Below are positions 4,747 to 5,750 of a DNA stretch of 5,750 nt, piece by piece. The notes under the pieces were generated by a model that was not told the DNA's origin, ran no database searches, and saw nothing but the letters and a program-made list of their open reading frames with translations. The stretch covers positions 1 to 5,750 of IMG/VR virus record IMGVR_UViG_3300045988_006665. One strand, given 5' to 3'. The position numbers and the translations under genes were made by a program. Every line of letters starts with the position of its first letter. The first letter of the stretch is position 1. Source of the stretch: a virus.

Positions 4747-4831
4747 CAAGAGAATGTTCAACGTAACGGCACGAAAGACGAAGAGTATCAACCTCAGCCA
4801 AAAACCCATGCGGGGCGGCATCAGACTGTAA
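4712..4831 (+). CDS. Small basic protein, gokushovirus ORF8-like (putative DNA-binding/packaging protein, analogue of phiX174 J)
   Basis: The product is MKHRQRMPVRTDKRMFNVTARKTKSINLSQKPMRGGIRL (39 aa, below the ORF-track cutoff). It is rich in Arg and Lys and ends in the PMRGGIRL motif I recall from small microvirus basic proteins. AAGGGAG (4698-4704) lies 7 nt upstream. The ORF overlaps the last 35 nt of the 81-aa ORF in another frame. Confidence 0.65.
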   Translation: MKHRQRMPVRTDKRMFNVTARKTKSINLSQKPMRGGIRL

Positions 4832-4842
4832 AGGAGAAAAAC

Positions 4843-5085
4843 ATGATTCACGGATACTATGGAATCTATGACAGCGTAGCAAAGTGCTACTGCTACATCG
4901 GAGAAAGCAAGAGCAACGAAACCTTTGCACGAATGTGCAGTATCATGGCAAAGGACGAAAAAACGTTCCTGGGCCAGTCACCCGAAGACTACAAAGGCTA
5001 CCATATCGCAAACTTCAACGATGAAACTGGAAGCTTCGACAGCATCGAACCGGAAAAGGTCTGGGAGGGCAAACCGAATGAATAA
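4843..5085 (+). CDS. VP5: VP5-like non-structural protein of gokushoviruses
   Basis: The 80-aa ORF has AAGGAG (4831-4836) 6 nt upstream. YGIYDSVAKCY...ARMCS...SPEDYKGYHIANFNDETGSF fits the pattern Y-IYD-KA...A-R-F...PEDY...G-FD-ETG that I recall for this family. The family name is from memory, not from a search. Confidence 0.65.
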   Translation: MIHGYYGIYDSVAKCYCYIGESKSNETFARMCSIMAKDEKTFLGQSPEDYKGYHIANFNDETGSFDSIEPEKVWEGKPNE

Positions 5086-5473
5086 AAGATATGAAGAGGG
5101 GCGAAAGCCCTTCTTTTCAAATCCGGGTGAAAAACTGCGTAAACAGTACGTCTGGGGAAAAGACGAAAAAGAGAATAAAAAGCTGATTGAGACCGAACCA
5201 ATCGACATTCAGGCCGAAATTGAAAGCTATGCAGACGAATGCGACATCAAAAACATTGTCCGCAAAGCCAGTTTTGACCCTGAGTTCGCAAAAAGTCTAG
5301 TAGACAGCGCAAAAACAGACGAAACGATGGATATAACCGAATGGCCTACCAACATTCACGAGTATCACGCCATGATGGCAACGGCACAGGCCAAAGCAAT
5401 GGAACTGCAGAGGATGCAGGAAAAGGCCGCAAACGAGACAAAGAAGCAGGAGGAAAACAATGAACCGGAATAA
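5078..5473 (+). CDS. VP3: Internal scaffolding protein VP3
   Basis: I chose the start at ATG 5078 (MNKRYEEGRKPFF...). GGGAGGG (5063-5069) lies 8 nt upstream, and the ATG overlaps the VP5 stop (ATGAATAA). The product is 131 aa. ESYADECDIKNIVRKA matches the conserved ECDIN-I core I recall for gokushovirus scaffold proteins. The C-terminus is acidic, and the gene sits immediately upstream of VP1. Confidence 0.78.
   Translation: MNKRYEEGRKPFFSNPGEKLRKQYVWGKDEKENKKLIETEPIDIQAEIESYADECDIKNIVRKASFDPEFAKSLVDSAKTDETMDITEWPTNIHEYHAMMATAQAKAMELQRMQEKAANETKKQEENNEPE
5094..5117 (+). other. Hairpin with GAAA tetraloop just inside VP3, 9 nt after the VP5 stop
   Basis: aagaggggc (5094-5102), gaaa, gcccttctt (5107-5115) form a 9-bp stem with one G-T wobble, followed by tt. 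The architecture matches the 1504 hairpin. Confidence 0.45.
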
Positions 5474-5750
5474 TGAGAGACACTTTAACCAAGTGCCAAA
5501 AACACACGTCAGCCGGACACGCTTTAAGCGAGACCAGAATATTCTGACGACCTTCGATGCAGGCAAACTAATTCCGTTCTACGTTGATGAAGTTCTTCCG
5601 GGTGACACTTTCAGTGTAAACACAGCGGCAATCATCCGCATGACCACACCAAAATATCCTGTCTTTGACGATGCGTACATTGATTTCTACTACTTCTTCT
5701 GTCCGAACAGAATCCTTTGGGATAACTTCAAAAGATTCATGGGAGAAGCA
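5460..5750 (+). CDS. VP1: Major capsid protein VP1, N-terminal portion (runs off the window end and continues at base 56)
   Basis: It is absent from the ORF track because it has no stop within the window. AGGAGG (5448-5453) lies 6 nt before ATG 5460. The translation MNRNNERHFNQVPKTHVSRTRFKRDQNILTTFDAGKLIPFYVDEVLPGDTFSVNTAAIIRMTTPKYPVFDDAYIDFYYFFCPNRILWDNFKRFMGEA is the characteristic Microviridae VP1/F N-terminus (HF..VP, TTF.AG.L.P, EVLPGDTF). It overlaps the VP3 end by 14 nt. Confidence 0.93.
   Translation, partial: MNRNNERHFNQVPKTHVSRTRFKRDQNILTTFDAGKLIPFYVDEVLPGDTFSVNTAAIIRMTTPKYPVFDDAYIDFYYFFCPNRILWDNFKRFMGEA
5696..5750. repeat. Terminal direct repeat, copy 2 (identical to 1-55)
   Basis: Exact 55-nt match to the window start. 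Confidence 0.95.

Noticed and set aside
4925-5077. The upstream extension of the VP3 ORF (track start at 4925, 182 aa)
   Set aside because: The extension lies entirely inside VP5 in another frame, has no SD, and translates to a basic low-complexity peptide. ATG 5078 has a GGGAGGG SD at the proper spacing and the typical ATGAATAA stop-start overlap.
698-5566. All minus-strand ORFs in the track (698-1081, 1176-1445, 1181-1411, 1631-1972, 1906-2130, 2993-3181, 3620-3805, 4117-4350, 4227-4412, 4473-4709, 4694-4930, 4978-5208, 4998-5201, 5297-5566)
   Set aside because: Every one except 3620-3805 lies antisense to a well-supported + strand gene. 3620-3805 lies in the non-coding region and is antisense to the repeat array and the GC island. 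Their Phe/Leu/Ser/Cys-rich, low-complexity translations are what the complement of an A-rich strand produces. I saw no SD motifs, and known Microviridae transcribe one strand only. The hydrophobic ones (for example 4227-4412 and 4473-4709) are tempting as holins, but nothing supports them beyond composition.

Overview
This window is a complete, circularly permuted genome of a small ssDNA phage of the family Microviridae, with a gokushovirus-like gene set. Bases 1-55 recur exactly at 5696-5750, so the unit length is 5,695 nt. The major capsid gene VP1 is split by the linearisation point (5460-5695 joins 1-1492). All credible genes lie on the + strand, which is visibly A-rich and T-poor. Nearly every gene has a strong Shine-Dalgarno motif, and several gene pairs overlap at start and stop (ATGA at VP2/VP4, ATGAATAA at VP5/VP3, 14 nt at VP3/VP1). 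Going round the circle from a perfect sigma70-type promoter (TTGACA-17-TATAAT, 3950-3978), the order is: M15-family cell-wall peptidase, 34-aa ORF, 81-aa ORF, overprinted 39-aa basic protein ending in MRGGIRL, VP5-like protein, VP3 scaffold, VP1 capsid, VP2 pilot protein, VP4 HUH replication initiator. The non-core part is the interesting part. A 642-nt non-coding region (3364-4005), unusually large for a microvirus, holds four elements: two alternating purine/pyrimidine tracts with a 14-bp GC palindrome, a (TTG)2(TAG)5 microsatellite, an array of ten same-orientation (T)GTTGAAA iteron-like repeats, and a GC-rich nested hairpin island. It ends in a terminator hairpin whose loop carries the -35 box of the consensus promoter. 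That promoter drives an accessory module headed by a muralytic-type peptidase with no visible holin or membrane partner. Stem-loops also sit just after several stop codons. One lies between a distant SD and the VP2 start codon, and one lies inside the 5' end of VP4. Functional names rest on motifs I recognise by eye. No database search was possible.
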